Origin: Octopus sinensis
Lineage: Eukaryota
Assembly: GCF_006345805.1 (NCBI RefSeq)
Contig: NC_043013.1
Coordinates: forward strand, 56,234,001-56,298,000
Direction: 5' to 3'
DNA: 64,000 bases
In this document: in pieces, positions 25,028 through 37,329 of the stretch
Layout of the letters: the number at the start of each line of letters is the position of its first letter
How positions within the stretch are numbered: position 1 is the first letter of the stretch
Program-made: the position numbers and the translations under genes
The notes under the pieces: generated by a model
Told to the model about the DNA's origin: nothing
Database searches by the model: none
The model's input: the letters and a program-made list of their open reading frames with translations, nothing else

Positions 25028-25090
25028 TCACTGCTTGGAATCGAACTCAGAATTTTGGGGTTCATAGCCTGTGCTCTTAACCACTATGCC
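24837..25090 (-). mobile_element. tRNA-headed SINE (family H) carrying a hammerhead ribozyme motif
   Basis: Minus strand: A-box-like GGCATAGTGG (25081-25090), B-box-like GAGTTCGATTCC (25037-25048), GTGACCTG-(AAT)n, then a body shared with 26736-26943 and 47125-47442. Confidence 0.8.
24915..24960 (-). ncRNA. minimal type I hammerhead ribozyme motif
   Basis: GACAC-CUGAUGA-A-GGCU(12 nt)AGCC-GAA-ACGU-U/GUGUU: catalytic core, helix II, palindromic ACGU helix III and helix I (GACAC/GUGUU) are all present. Confidence 0.7.
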
Positions 25091-25267
25091 TTAGTTAAGA
25101 AGTGTTTGAGAACCACAGGTCCTGAAGAATGCGCTGAATGCTAGACTTTGATCCTGTAGAGATTTTCCTTTGTTCTTGATTCATTTCAGTTCTTCTCCCT
25201 CATGTCTTCACTCCAAGACAGAGTTAACCTTTCATTTTGCCTTTTCTCTTTATCTTTTATCTGTTAC

Positions 25268-25620
25268 TTGCTACAGACATTGGACCATGGCCATGCTGGA
25301 GCATAGTGTTGAAGGTTTTCAGACAAATGGGTCGACCTCAGTACAGATATACTTTTTAAGCCTCATAGTCTCATTTTGCCAAATCTCTTAGTTATAGGGA
25401 TGTAAACAAACCAACACCAGTTATCAAGTAGTGATGGGGAACAAATAAACTCACACACACACACACAGATATATATGACCGGCTTCTTTCAGTTTCCATC
25501 CGCCAAATCCAATTACAAGCCTTTTGGTTAGCCTGGGGCTATAACAGAAGACACTTGTCCAAGATACCACGCAATGGCATTGAACCAAGAACCATGTGCT
25601 TATGAAGCAAACTTCATCCA
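25268..25620 (-). mobile_element. SINE family C copy
   Basis: Collinear with 19960-20332 (CTTCTTTCAGTTTCCATC..AAATCC..CTATAACAGAAGACACTTG..GAACCATGTG). Confidence 0.7.
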
Positions 25621-25815
25621 CATGTACATAAAATTAAAATTTAGAATATACAGACAAGGTTAATCCTTTGAACTGCACATTTTTACCTAAAATATTTTTG
25701 CCTCATTTTGAAGCAACCAAAGATTTTTCCAAATTGAATCCGAAAAAAGAAAATTCTTTAAAAGACAGGTAAGCAGCCCCTAACCTGTAAAACCCTTGAA
25801 CAGTTTTTCATGCAG

Positions 25816-25892
25816 GGCTGAAGCTGTTTCAGTCTGCTTTGATGTCTCTTCAGAAAGATGTAATCACAAAACCAGTTTCCTTCCTTGAAAAA
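25816..25892 (+). CDS. candidate internal exon (LKLFQSALMSLQKDVITKPVSFLEK)
   Basis: Acceptor GTTTTTCATGCAG, donor AAA|GTGAGA, protein-like open frame; no homology recognised. Confidence 0.2.
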
Positions 25893-26025
25893 GTGAGACT
25901 TTGTGCTGACATGGAACATTTCTATGGAAGCACAAAAGGAAATAAAGCTTGCTTAACTTCTCTCTGCTCAGATTATCTTTTGTGATTTGTTTCTTTCTGG
26001 CTCCTTTAAGAAAAATCTTTACATG

Positions 26026-26063
<38 letters not shown>

Positions 26064-26171
26064 TGTATGCAAGTGTGTGTATTCATATGCATCATGTATG
26101 TATTACATATCTGTTTCTCAATCTCTCTCTCTGTATCTATCTAACAATCACTCTACCCATCTATCTATCTC

Positions 26172-26206
<35 letters not shown>

Positions 26207-26249
26207 GTCTGTCTGTCCGTCCGTCCATCTGTCTATCTACCTATCTAAC

Positions 26250-26460
26250 CATTCCATTGCAAGGTTCAAGGCCAGTAATTTTGAGGGGAGGGGGCAAGTT
26301 GGTTACATTGACCCCAGTACTTGACTGTTTTTTTATTTTGTTGACTGCGTAAAGATGTAAGGCGAGGTTGACCTCAGCAAGATTGGAGCTCAGAATCTGA
26401 AGAATGAGAAGAAATTCTCCAAATAGTTTTGTCCAACATGTGAACAATTTTGCCATTACA
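26250..26460 (-). mobile_element. SINE family B copy, degraded
   Basis: ATTGACCCCAGTACTTGACTG..GTTGACCTCAGCAAGATTGGAGCTCAGAA. Confidence 0.55.
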
Positions 26461-26735
26461 CCTTATATGCACAAGTGTGTGTGTGTGTGTGTCTGTGTCT
26501 GCGTGCAGGCAGTAATATTAGTGTATGCATGGGTGTATGGTTCAGAAATTTGTTCCTAAGTCATGTGGTTTGAAGTTCAGTAATTTTCTGTCAATAAATA
26601 ATCCCCTGGGTTGTTTTTAAAGACTTGTGAAATAGAAAAAATATATCTTACTTGGTGAACAGGTGAGCATTAGCATCAAGAAGGATGGACAACCAGCAGT
26701 TAAACAACACCTCAGTAATAAGCATGAGTTGATAC

Positions 26736-26943
26736 AGTTCTATATCTAAGAGATGAGGAATTATGTACATTAGTTACATTTGATGGATATTTGTCCTCGT
26801 CTTGTTTGTTGTTAACACAACATTTCGGCTGATATACCCTCCAGCCTTCATCAGGTGTCTTGGGGAAATTTGGAACCTGGGTTCTAATTCCTAAAGTATT
26901 TTTCAATGTTATTATTATTGTTATTATTATTATTATTATTATT
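26736..26943 (-). mobile_element. family H element body without tRNA head; hammerhead core with ACGU changed to AUGU
   Basis: Near-identical to 24837-25023; motif at 26814-26859 reads GACAC-CUGAUGA-A-GGCUG..CAGCC-GAA-AUGU-U/GUGUU. Confidence 0.75.
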
Positions 26944-26984
26944 AACCTAGTTGGCAACAAAAGGCCTCTTTCTTGAAGTGACAG

Positions 26985-27605
26985 GCAGATTATATGATGC
27001 CTGTGTGTGAAGAGCCATGCTACACAGAAATGAAACATGGGCTGTGACTGCAGAGGACATGTGAAGACTTATAAGAAAGGAAGCTTGTATGCTTTGCTGG
27101 ATGGGTAATGTCAGTGTGCATACACAGCAGAGCGTAAGTATCTTGAGAGAAAAACTGGGCACGAGGGGTATTGGATGTGGTGTGAAAGAGAGGCAACTGT
27201 ACTGGTATGATCATATGATGTGTATGGGTGGGGATGGAACCTGTGGAAGCAGTAGATCCAGGGAGACATAGGTTGAGGTGGTGAATCACGATCTTAGAAT
27301 GGTGGGTTTCACAGAGGTGATGCCAAGTGATCAATACCTTTGGTGATTTATTGTGTTTGAGAAGACTTGTCAAGACAAGTGGAATCATAGTTGTGGCTGG
27401 TGCTGGCAGCATGTAAAGGAACCTGTGCTGGTGACACACTAAAGGCAACCATTACACTCTTGGTGTGGTTGGCGTCAGGAAGAGCATCCAGCCATAGAAA
27501 CAATGCCAAAATCAAATTGGAACCTGCTGCAGCTTGACAGACTCAGTCAGACTGTCTAACCCATTCCAGCATGGAAAGCAGATGTTAAATGATGATGATG
27601 ATGAT
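26985..27605 (+). mobile_element. RTE-clade LINE 3' fragment, older copy
   Basis: MLCWMGNVSVHT..REKLG.RGIGCGVKERQLYWYDH aligns with the RTE C-terminus at 50970-51130; ends in (GAT)n. Confidence 0.75.
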
Positions 27606-27612
27606 GGTGGTT

Positions 27613-28045
27613 ATGGCTGTAAGCTGGCAAAATCATTAGCTTAGAGCTTAGTGGCATTTTGTCTGTAATTATGTTATGGACTCAAATTCCACTGATTCCA
27701 GCTTTGCATTTCATCCTTTCAGGTTCAATGAAATGAGAACCAATTAAGGGTTAGGGTTGATGGAATTGACACTAGCGCCACCACCATCCCCTTGTGCCTA
27801 TAACAAAAGGATTCTTATTTTTATTACCATTAAAGCTGCAAACTGACAGAATCATTAGCATTGCCAGACAAAGATGCTTAGTGGTAGCATTTCGTCTGTC
27901 TCTATATTCTGAGTTCAGATCCTACCCAAGTTGACTTTGTCTCTCACCCTTGGGGCAGAGGGGGAGGGGTCAATAAAGTAGTTGCCTGTCAAGTAGCAGC
28001 GTCGATGTATTTGACTTCCTCTGCCCCTTGAAAACTCCTGGCCAT
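27613..28045 (+). mobile_element. two head-to-tail SINE family B copies
   Basis: Two GCTG(G)CA..AATCATTAGC heads at about 27620 and 27835, each followed by the B-box-like motif and core. Confidence 0.6.
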
Positions 28046-28334
28046 ATTCCAAATTTTCAAACAACTACTATTACTACTACCACCACCACTACCACTACAA
28101 CTACAACGATGACGACGACGATGACCACCACCACCACCACCATCTCTGCCACTATTATAAAAACTCTATTAGAGACTAAGATCGGTTGGAGAAATTTTTT
28201 TCTGAGGTTTAGTGACAGAAATTCTTCTCAAATCTCAAGAATCTTTCATGGAATTCTTGCAGAATACAGAATGGCCCTATTTTCCATTTCAAAATACATA
28301 TTTCATTCGCCAAACTCTTTCAGCTCCTTAATTT

Positions 28335-28760
28335 TATTGCTGTGACGAGTGCACCAATTACTACAGGAATGATATTCACCATTGCCTTCCACACATTCTT
28401 CTTCATCTCTTTGGTGAGGTCAGATATTTCTCAGTTTTCTTCATTTCTTTGATATCCACTTGGCAATCATAGAAAACAGAAAGAATAAACAATGGAACAT
28501 TATTATTTTTGCAATTGTATTCTTCTTCTTGTTGTTCTTGTGATTGTGCTTTTTGTCAGCAAAATGCAATATATCTTATTTCTTGGAGTGGATCCAATAT
28601 GTCCATGCTGCATGTGGATATTCCTTTACCATTCCTATTATTAAAATATCCCACTTTATCTCCATAGATTCTTTGATTCCTTGATTTGAGATGAGAATGT
28701 TGCTATATCATTGTTGCTTTTATAAATGGTGGTATTGAAAGGTGGCCTCCACAAGTGAGA
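28335..28760 (-). mobile_element. R4/Dong-like (RLE-type) LINE C-terminal fragment
   Basis: Minus-strand KY.DLTKEMKKNVWK..VNIIPVVIGAL motif typical of restriction-like endonuclease ends. Confidence 0.65.
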
Positions 28761-28860
28761 AACTGTCGCCAAAATTGCTATTAACCATTGTTGGCACCAT
28801 TGCAGCTGGCACTGCCAATGTTATTGTTTACATTTAAGTATCTGTATTGTTGTGGCATCC

Positions 28861-29315
28861 TTCATCATCATCATCGTTTAACGTCTGCTTTCCATACTAG
28901 CATGGGTTGAACGATTTGACTGAGGGCTGGTGAACCAGATGGCTGCACCAGGCTCCAATCTTGATCTGGCAGAGTTTCTACAGCTGGATGCCCTTCCTAA
29001 CACCAACCACTCCGAGAGTGTAGAAGGTGCTTTGACATGCTACCAGCACGGGGGCCAGTCAGGCAGTACTGGCAACAACCTTGCTCGAATCTTTTTACAC
29101 ATGCCATCGGCACAGGTGCCAGTAAGGTGATGCTGGTAACGATCACGCTCGAATGGTGCTTTTTACGTGCTACTGGCACAGAAGCTAGTTAGCTGCTCTG
29201 GCAACGATCACACTAGTATGGTGCTCTTTGTACCCTGCTAGCACAGATGCCAGTCATCGAATTTGATTTTGATAACCTTGTGGTTATCATTATCATCATC
29301 ATCATCAGCCTTCAT
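28861..29315 (-). mobile_element. RTE-type 3' UTR with (GAT)n tail
   Basis: Collinear with the reverse complement of 51420-51849. Confidence 0.75.
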
Positions 29316-29444
29316 GTTGCTGCCCCTTACTTGCTTTGCAAGTAAAGAAACTGTTATTTCATACATCTTGAAAGTTGCAAGGTCAATGGGCAATTTGTTT
29401 ACAGGACAAATAACAACATCATAACCTGCAATATTTGGAGACAT

Positions 29445-29658
29445 GAGCTGCTAGAATGGTTAGCACAGTGGACAAAATGGTAAGTAGCATTTCATCAGAA
29501 TATATGCTCAGAGTACAAATTCTGCCAAAATTGACTTTACCTTTCGTTCTTTCAGGGTCGATAAAATTATTACCAGTTATGTACTGGGGTTGATGTAATC
29601 GACTTAGCCCCACTCCCTGAAACTGTTGGCCTTGTACCAAAATTTCAAGCCAATATTT
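29445..29658 (+). mobile_element. SINE family B copy
   Basis: GAGCTGCTAGAATGGTTAGC head..GGGTCGATAAAAT..GGCCTTGTACCAAAATTTCAAGCCAAT tail. Confidence 0.65.
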
Positions 29659-30034
29659 GGAGTAAACAAACACAGATAGTCACAGGTGCAAGTACACATG
29701 CACTCATAAACATTTACAATGGCTTCTTTTCACTTTCTGTCTACAAAATCCACCCACGATGCTTGGTGCAGGTTCAAGAAGAAGGCACTGATCCCAGGTG
29801 CTTCAACCTGAAATACTTTTGTTTGGAGGCAAATGTCTCAATAACACAGCCCTGTCTGCATATATTGCCTCACACAAAATGCAAATGATGTTATTTATTT
29901 GCAGTCAGTTGTTGTAACTTTGATTGTTCCTAGCTTTGGCATCACTTTGTAAGCTGTCTCCTTTCTGTGTTTTTTTTATTTATTTTTGCTTGAGTTGCTT
30001 GCAAAGACCTATTGAGGCAAGTGAAATCAAATCA

Positions 30035-30530
30035 AAATTGCTGGCATGGCCTATGACAGTACCACCTGCTCGGCACTTGTGCCAGTGGATCGTTAAAAGC
30101 ACATCTGAGCATGATCATTGTCAGGGCCACAGATTGGCTCCCGTGCCAGTGGCACATGAAAAGCACCATTCGAGCATGATCATTGCCAGTGTCACTTTAC
30201 CATCAGATGTGCTGGTGGCATGTGAAAAACATCCTTCGAGCATTGTAGTTGCCAGTGCTGCCAGACTGGCTTCCATGCAGCTAGCACTTAAAAAACACCT
30301 CATTGCCAGAACTACCTGACATGCCTTCATGCCGGTGGCATGTAAAAGCACCCACTACCCTCTCAGAGTGGTTGGCGCTAGGAAGGGCACCCAGTTGTAG
30401 AAACTTTGCCAAATCAGATTGGAGACTGGTACAGCCTTCTGGCTTGCCAGTCCTCTGTCAAACTATCCAATCCATGCCAGCATGGAAAGTGGGCGCTAAA
30501 TGACGACGACGATGATGATGATGATGATGA
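30035..30530 (+). mobile_element. RTE-type 3' UTR with (GAT)n tail
   Basis: Tandem GCCAGTGGCAC.TGAAAAGCACC subrepeats and CCATGCCAGCATGGAAAG end, as at 51420-51849. Confidence 0.75.
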
Positions 30531-30589
30531 TTTGCTATTTATTGTAATCAATTCCTTTCCAATTCATATTTCATTTTGCAGCATCTTTG

Positions 30590-30800
30590 AATCTCGGCCA
30601 AGGTCTTTCTTTTTCTCTTGCAAGTCAGGAGTAGAGGAGTTTTTCTATGGAGTCTGCTGTTGTCCATCCTGTGTATGTGTTCCAACCAACATAAATATTT
30701 ATCAATGAAGATATCCAGCATAGGAGACAAAGCAATATGCTGTAGGGTCCCTTTAATCCTGATCTTGTCAAACAGTGTGATAATCATAATCTGTTGCAGC
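30590..30800 (-). mobile_element. old LINE C-terminal relic
   Basis: WLEHIHRMDNSRLHRK..KRKRK resembles the WxGHxxRMxxxRxP..KRxRG motif of RTE/L2 ORF ends. Confidence 0.4.
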
Positions 30801-33510
30801 TGTCTCAGCATATACACATGTAACTTGTCTACTCAAGCTTTATAATGTTACTAATAAATTTAAAAAAGCTAATTAGTTTATGATCTAAATATCAGGCATC
30901 GTAAATGCTAATTTGAGTGGTGAGAATTGAATTGATGGACCCTTTCTTAGTTCCTTTTCCATTTACAAGACAGGAGCCAGCAAGTCTTTATTGCGACAAT
31001 TTAATACTTGAATGTATATTATATCGTTTACATTAAAACCTTAGCAGTTAATTCAAAATTTCTTAATCTTGTGCCATATTTTTGCTATATTTAAAACATT
31101 ATTTTATAATGACCAACTGAAACCTATTTATATTTTGGTAATGTAATCTAAATATGATTCCCATCTCTTCAGCAACATCTTTTAGTCATATACTTTTACT
31201 TTATCTTTTGATTTCACTCACATTTCCATAATTTTCAGATGACATCTCATAAATATTGAATTTTTAAATCTTTTTATGCTTATTTTATCTGCACTAAAAC
31301 TTGTGTCATTTTTACTTTTTCTTAATCAGTAAAAGCCAACATTCTCCTCAAATCAATCAATTTAATGTCATTTTAAAAAATATCGCATTTAAAACAAAAC
31401 AAAAAAACATATATTTCTGACTTTATTTAAATATTTCAATCTAGAGAGATGTAGGATGTCTTTCTCCATTCATGTAACATTGTTAATGTAAATTAATTGT
31501 CTAATTCAAACAACCATTAACGATATATTGCGAACCAGTTAAACATATTGATTGGTTATTGGTAAATTTTGGAACATAAATCTTGTTATTTGATACTTTT
31601 GCTTTTGAGAGAAAGAGAGAGAGGGAGTAGAAGAGAGAGGGGGGAAGAGGAGAGAGGGGGGAAAAGAAGAGAGAGAGGGGAGAAGAAGAGAGAGAGAGGG
31701 AGTTTATTTACTGAAGTATGTCCTGAGTTCAAATCCTGCCAAGGTTGTCTTTACCTTTTATCCTTTGTGGGTCAATATGATAAATGCCAGTCAAATATTG
31801 AGTTGATTTCTCAGCTAGATGAAACCTGCGCTCACACTCAAGACTTTCTATTGACATGAGAAATCAATGTCACTGATTGTGATCTTTGCTTTCCTAATTA
31901 ATTTACTTTTGCAGGTGTCAACATTTGGAATAAAGGATGACTTTTGGTAGCATTGGCCATGTTTTCATTGCTTCTTTAATTGGTCCCATTAATTGCTCTT
32001 GTAGTGAAGAGTGGACACAAACATCTCCTTGACCTTTCCACCTTTAACTCAGTTGGCCATCCAGAGAGAGAGAGACAGAGAGGGAGAGAGAGAGAGAGAG
32101 AGATCTGCCTCACCTTTGGGTAAGTACTTTTTTTAGTGACTTCAAAAGGATGAAAAACAAAGTTAGCCTCAGCAGAATTTCAACTCAGGGAACAAGAGGA
32201 AGGACCAAATGTCCAAAGACACTTTATCAACTCCTCTAATGACTCCAACTATCAGCCATATTAGAAATCACATATGCCAGCATGGAAAAAAGATGTTAAA
32301 TGTTGATAATGATGACGATGACGATGACAACGACAGTGATGATGATGACAACGATGATGATGACGATGACACTAATATACCAAATGCTATTTCAGCTATT
32401 TCAAACCAAAAGTACTTCTGCGATTGATAACAAAATTTTTATCCAAATTGTGAGCAAATTGCATCATTAATGATTTGTTAGTCTCTGCTTTTCTACATCA
32501 GTTGAGATTAACTTTGGTCTCAGCATGTGGCTGGTGGTGGATACTTGCTGCAAAGAAGCAGAAATGCATATTTATTCGACATAGCTGCAAGACATTTTTC
32601 ATGAGTTACAGATACATATCTTTTTATTTAACATACATCCTTTAGAGAGGCTTTCTCGAGATGAACACCACAGTTTCCAGGCTTTCTACTGTATATCTGC
32701 ACTAATTATGATATACAGAATGCTGTAAATCAATTCAGTTGATTAAACCTTCTCCAACCCTGACATTGTAACCTTGTACCAATGTTAGGAATCCATAATA
32801 ACAAGAGCTGTAAGCGGCAGAAACATTACAATATGAAACGAATCCCCATTTAGTATTTACCCATATCTCAATAATTTTTTGTTGTTAAATAGAATCAGAT
32901 GTACATCTTCCCTCTAAAAATCAATAGGATTGATCACCCTTTAATGGATAACTCTTGATAAGCAAAAAAAATCAAACTATTGACTGTTAAACTGCAGTAT
33001 GAATATAGGACAAATCAATAACACTAATTGGTTGATGGAAATTTAATTATGGAGTTGGGTAAACAATTTGTATCACTTTAATGAATTCATAATAACACCA
33101 CGGTTGCTAAAGTTCGTTATTATCTCCAGTTCCTAATTAACATAATTTCTAGCTAATTACTATTGTAATTATTGGTACACATTTATATTCTAATTAAGAT
33201 TAATGGTTGGGCTGTAGATCCAGCTGTTTAGAAGGATCCCTATTCTGAGAAGCAGGGTTAAATGTGTATGTGTTAGGGTCCTCTCTGTCTGTTTATTGAG
33301 TAGTTAAGTTGTTGAAGAGCAACTTGTTGAAATATCTTTCAAATTTTTCTGCTAAAAGTAAAACTTGCTTTTCTCTTCTCTCTCTTTCTACACACACAGA
33401 CAGACACACACACACTGACATGCAGACATACACACATATATACATATACATGCACACACATACAGATATATATGTGTGTGTGTGTGCGTGAGTATATATA
33501 TATGTATATG

Positions 33511-33586
<76 letters not shown>

Positions 33587-33834
33587 TATATTCATATATA
33601 TATACATATATATACTCACACACATACACACACGCACATTCTCACACACATGCATATATAGATAGAAAACTGCACAAACAAATTCTCACATTTACGCATT
33701 CACATACAAACACATACATCTACGTATACACACATGTGCAAATTCACAAACACATGTACAAACACGCACACACACACACATATAGAAACTTATAGATATT
33801 AGGAGATAATATTTCAAGATGTTAAAGAGGCAAA

Positions 33835-34030
33835 CGAGCAAAGTCGTTAGCAAACTGGCCAAAATACTTTGCACCATTTTGTCTGTTGTTCTGAGTTCAA
33901 ACCGCACTGAAGTTGACTTCTGTCCTTTCATGGTTGATAAAATAAGTACCAGTTGAGTACTAGGGTCAATTTAATCGACTTAACTCCCGTCCTGAAATTG
34001 CTGGCCTTGTGCCAAAATTTGAAACCAACA
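33835..34030 (+). mobile_element. SINE family B copy
   Basis: GTCGTTAGC..CTGAGTTCAAACCG..AATAAGTACCAG..GGCCTTGTGCCAAAATTTGAAACCAA. Confidence 0.7.
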
Positions 34031-34324
34031 CTTCAAGATATTTTTGAAATTTTTAATATCTCAAACAGTCCATGCAAATTATATTTAAAATCCACTTTTT
34101 AAAAAGAAATACATCTTTACATTTATTTTTTCCCTATTTTAATGAGTAGGATAACGTTTAATTGTTTAAGCATTGTGATACCGAAGGCTTCCTTCTCTTT
34201 TCTGCAAAAAAATGATAAATTAGATGAGCAAAGTGGTTTAAGTAGAATTAAGTGTTTTGCTCAAGGACACACTAGTAAAAATAAGATCCACAGCCAGTAA
34301 TCCCGAACCTTAATGTCACAGAGT

Positions 34325-34515
34325 ATGGCAGAATGCTGGCAGAATTGTTTCTGTAGCACCATTCATTCCGAGTTTACATTCTGAATTAAAATACCACTGG
34401 GGTCAACATTGTCTTCATCCTTTTAGGGTCAATAAAATAAGTACCAGTCGAGCATTGGGGGTCAAAGTAACTATCTTCTTTCCCTCCCCTCAAATTGCGG
34501 GCATTGTTCTGAAAT
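34325..34515 (+). mobile_element. SINE family B copy, degraded
   Basis: GCTGGCAGAATTGTT head..GGGGTCAAC..AATAAGTACCAGTCG. Confidence 0.55.
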
Positions 34516-34884
34516 AATTATGAAACCGATATGGTGACAGAGTAGAAAAAAGTGCTACTTATTTACATCTAAATGGACTGAGCTACAGAGGAAGTGTAGT
34601 GCTGCGAATGTCGGGCGTTGTGTTAAATGACTGGTTGGAAAAGAGTAACTTGTTTGAAATTTAATATTGCTAAAATATAGAAAAGTTAAACAACCACTAC
34701 TGGTTTGTCCTTGAGCAAGACACATAACTCTACTTGTGTCATCACTTTGCTTTCCTACTTTCTTATTGCGTAGTTAACAGCAAACAGAAGGAAGCCATCA
34801 ACATCACAATGCTTAAACAAGTAGATTATCCTGTTTGGAAAAATGTGGAAGAATAAATGTAGATGTATGTAGGTATGCATAGAT

Positions 34885-34921
<37 letters not shown>

Positions 34922-37329
34922 TACATATATCATCTATACACACATGTATGATTATGTGTTATATACTTACATATATACAAATATATACAAATGCACACAC
35001 ATGTATGTATGTAAGTACATGTACATACATATCTGTATGTGTGGATATATATGCGTGTGTGTGTGTGTGTGTGTGTGTGTAAGCATTTGCATGTTCATCA
35101 TAATCCTCAATTTATATTTGCTGCTTTTCCTGCTGATGTCAGATCATTACACCATGTGTCAGTCCTTCTTCTGTGTTTGTGTCCTCCTAGGCATATCAGC
35201 CTCCACATCTCACTCTTAGCTTCCATTTGTGTCATGGTTTCAATGCACTTCTAAACACCAACGATTTTAGAAAATTACTATTTTTAAATCTCACAACCAG
35301 AGATATTCAGCAACAGTACTTTGGAGTAAAGATTCTTTGCCAACATAACAATGGTAGTCCTAGACAAGTGTTGCTGTAATGGTAATTTGGCAGTGCCACC
35401 TCTAGCCAAACAATTATTCTGTGCTGATGAAGAGAAATAACCCAGAAATTGCAATACACAGATATTGTTTTGAGCTGAGTGGGAGTGCTAGATTCCCTTG
35501 TTTGAAAATATAAGGACACAGATCATGTCGTATAGCCAGCTGGAGAGGATGTCTCCTGGGGTTAAATTACTGCAACATTCTTCCTAAATCAGGACTGCCA
35601 TGTTATGTTGGCAAACAATCTTTACACCAATGATTTTATTCAGTATACCAGGAGCAATGTATCATTGCATCGGTACCAGAGAAGTTTACCTGCCCAGCAG
35701 GACTGAAGAATCCTCTCTAGCGTTTATTCCATGTTATGTGGTTGAGAAAAGAAAGTAATGAGGGAGAGAAAAGCAGGGCAAGAGAATGCAATAAGAAGTA
35801 GTAATGGAAGAGATACAGTGATAGGCAGTTACACATGGCATACCAGAGACTGACAAAAGATTGACAGTATGAATGGTATGACTGAACAACAGAAAAAGTT
35901 GTAGGAATGAGGAAGACGAAGGGAAGTAATGATGTGAAAGTGTGAGATGGAAGAGAGAAAGAGGTGGGGGAGAGAGAGAAAAAAAGAGAGAGAACAGGAT
36001 CGATAGCATACATTTATACATAAATATATGTACGTGTGTGTGTTTGTATGTACATATAACTATATACATACATTTACATGTCGTATCAAATAGTTCCCAA
36101 ACTATTTAGGTAAATAAATTATGTTTTACTACATATAAGTTTCAACATCAAGTATGTATGTATGTATGGATGGATGGATGGATGGACAGGTAGATAACGA
36201 TCCATTTATATATATATACATACATGTATATGTGTAACTTCTAGCATTAGATTTACTTTCAACAGTAGAAGGAAAACTATCTTCAAATATTCATATTCAT
36301 CTATTTTCTGTAACATTATCCTTGATGCTGGTCAAAACGTGAGTCTATGGTCAATTTTTGTTGAAATCTCATTTTCGGCCGCTGAACACTTTTGTATGTC
36401 ATCTGTTTCACTTGAAATATTACATTACAGTCTTGGCACTTTCAATCTAATCTTGACAATAAATTATTTCAAAACTTGGAATAATGACTGTAGATGTGAG
36501 TTGAAAATCTCACAATAATTATATCAACTTGTTGACTGATGGAAAACTTTCATGCTGGTGATGATGACTTTCTTCATCTTCTATCACATTCTGTCTCATT
36601 TGTCTTTTCGCTTGGACTGTGAGTGGTGCGATGCAAATTCAATTATCTCTCAAGCCCATTTCACTTAAATGACTTCTCATATATTAACTTGTTCTTTTAT
36701 TCACTCAATGGAATCTAAGAACAAAACCCAGTTCTATATCTGTGTCAAATCACAAACCAGATGCATGCTTTCTGTTTAATGTTTGTGAGCAACAAACATG
36801 GTTTATGGTTTTGTTTAAATCTCAGTCAGCTGATGACATACATGAAGAATATTCAAATATTATACCGAATGCAAGCTTGGTCAAATGGCCATGACATTTG
36901 CTAAGCGATTGTGTAGTTCACATTTCTATTATCTGCTGTAGCCTCTGATGAAATTCAACTGACTTAAACTGAATAGAAACTTGTCTGTTGTGTGTGTCAC
37001 CACCACCACCATGTTTATATTGATATGTTAAAGATATTTTTGAATCCCCTGATCCTTAACTGGTTGTTATATTATTGTTGTTATTTCCCTTCGGAACAAG
37101 TTTGAACATTTTAATAAAAACGTTTTTCTTTCATCTTTCTGCCAACTTCATTTGTGACATGTAGTTTGTGGAAAGGAAATATTAGAAACATTTTCTGACC
37201 ACATGTTTCTACATGTTCACTCAATAGCATTTGACAAACATTAGTGTTCCAAATTTATTGTCTGTGGACTCGTGAGTGTTCTGATGATAATACATTCCCT
37301 GTCTCGCCAATGTATAATTCCTCACAATT

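Noticed and set aside
25033-25090. tRNA gene
   Set aside because: A and B boxes are present, but there is no complete cloverleaf and it is fused to a repeat body; this is a SINE head.
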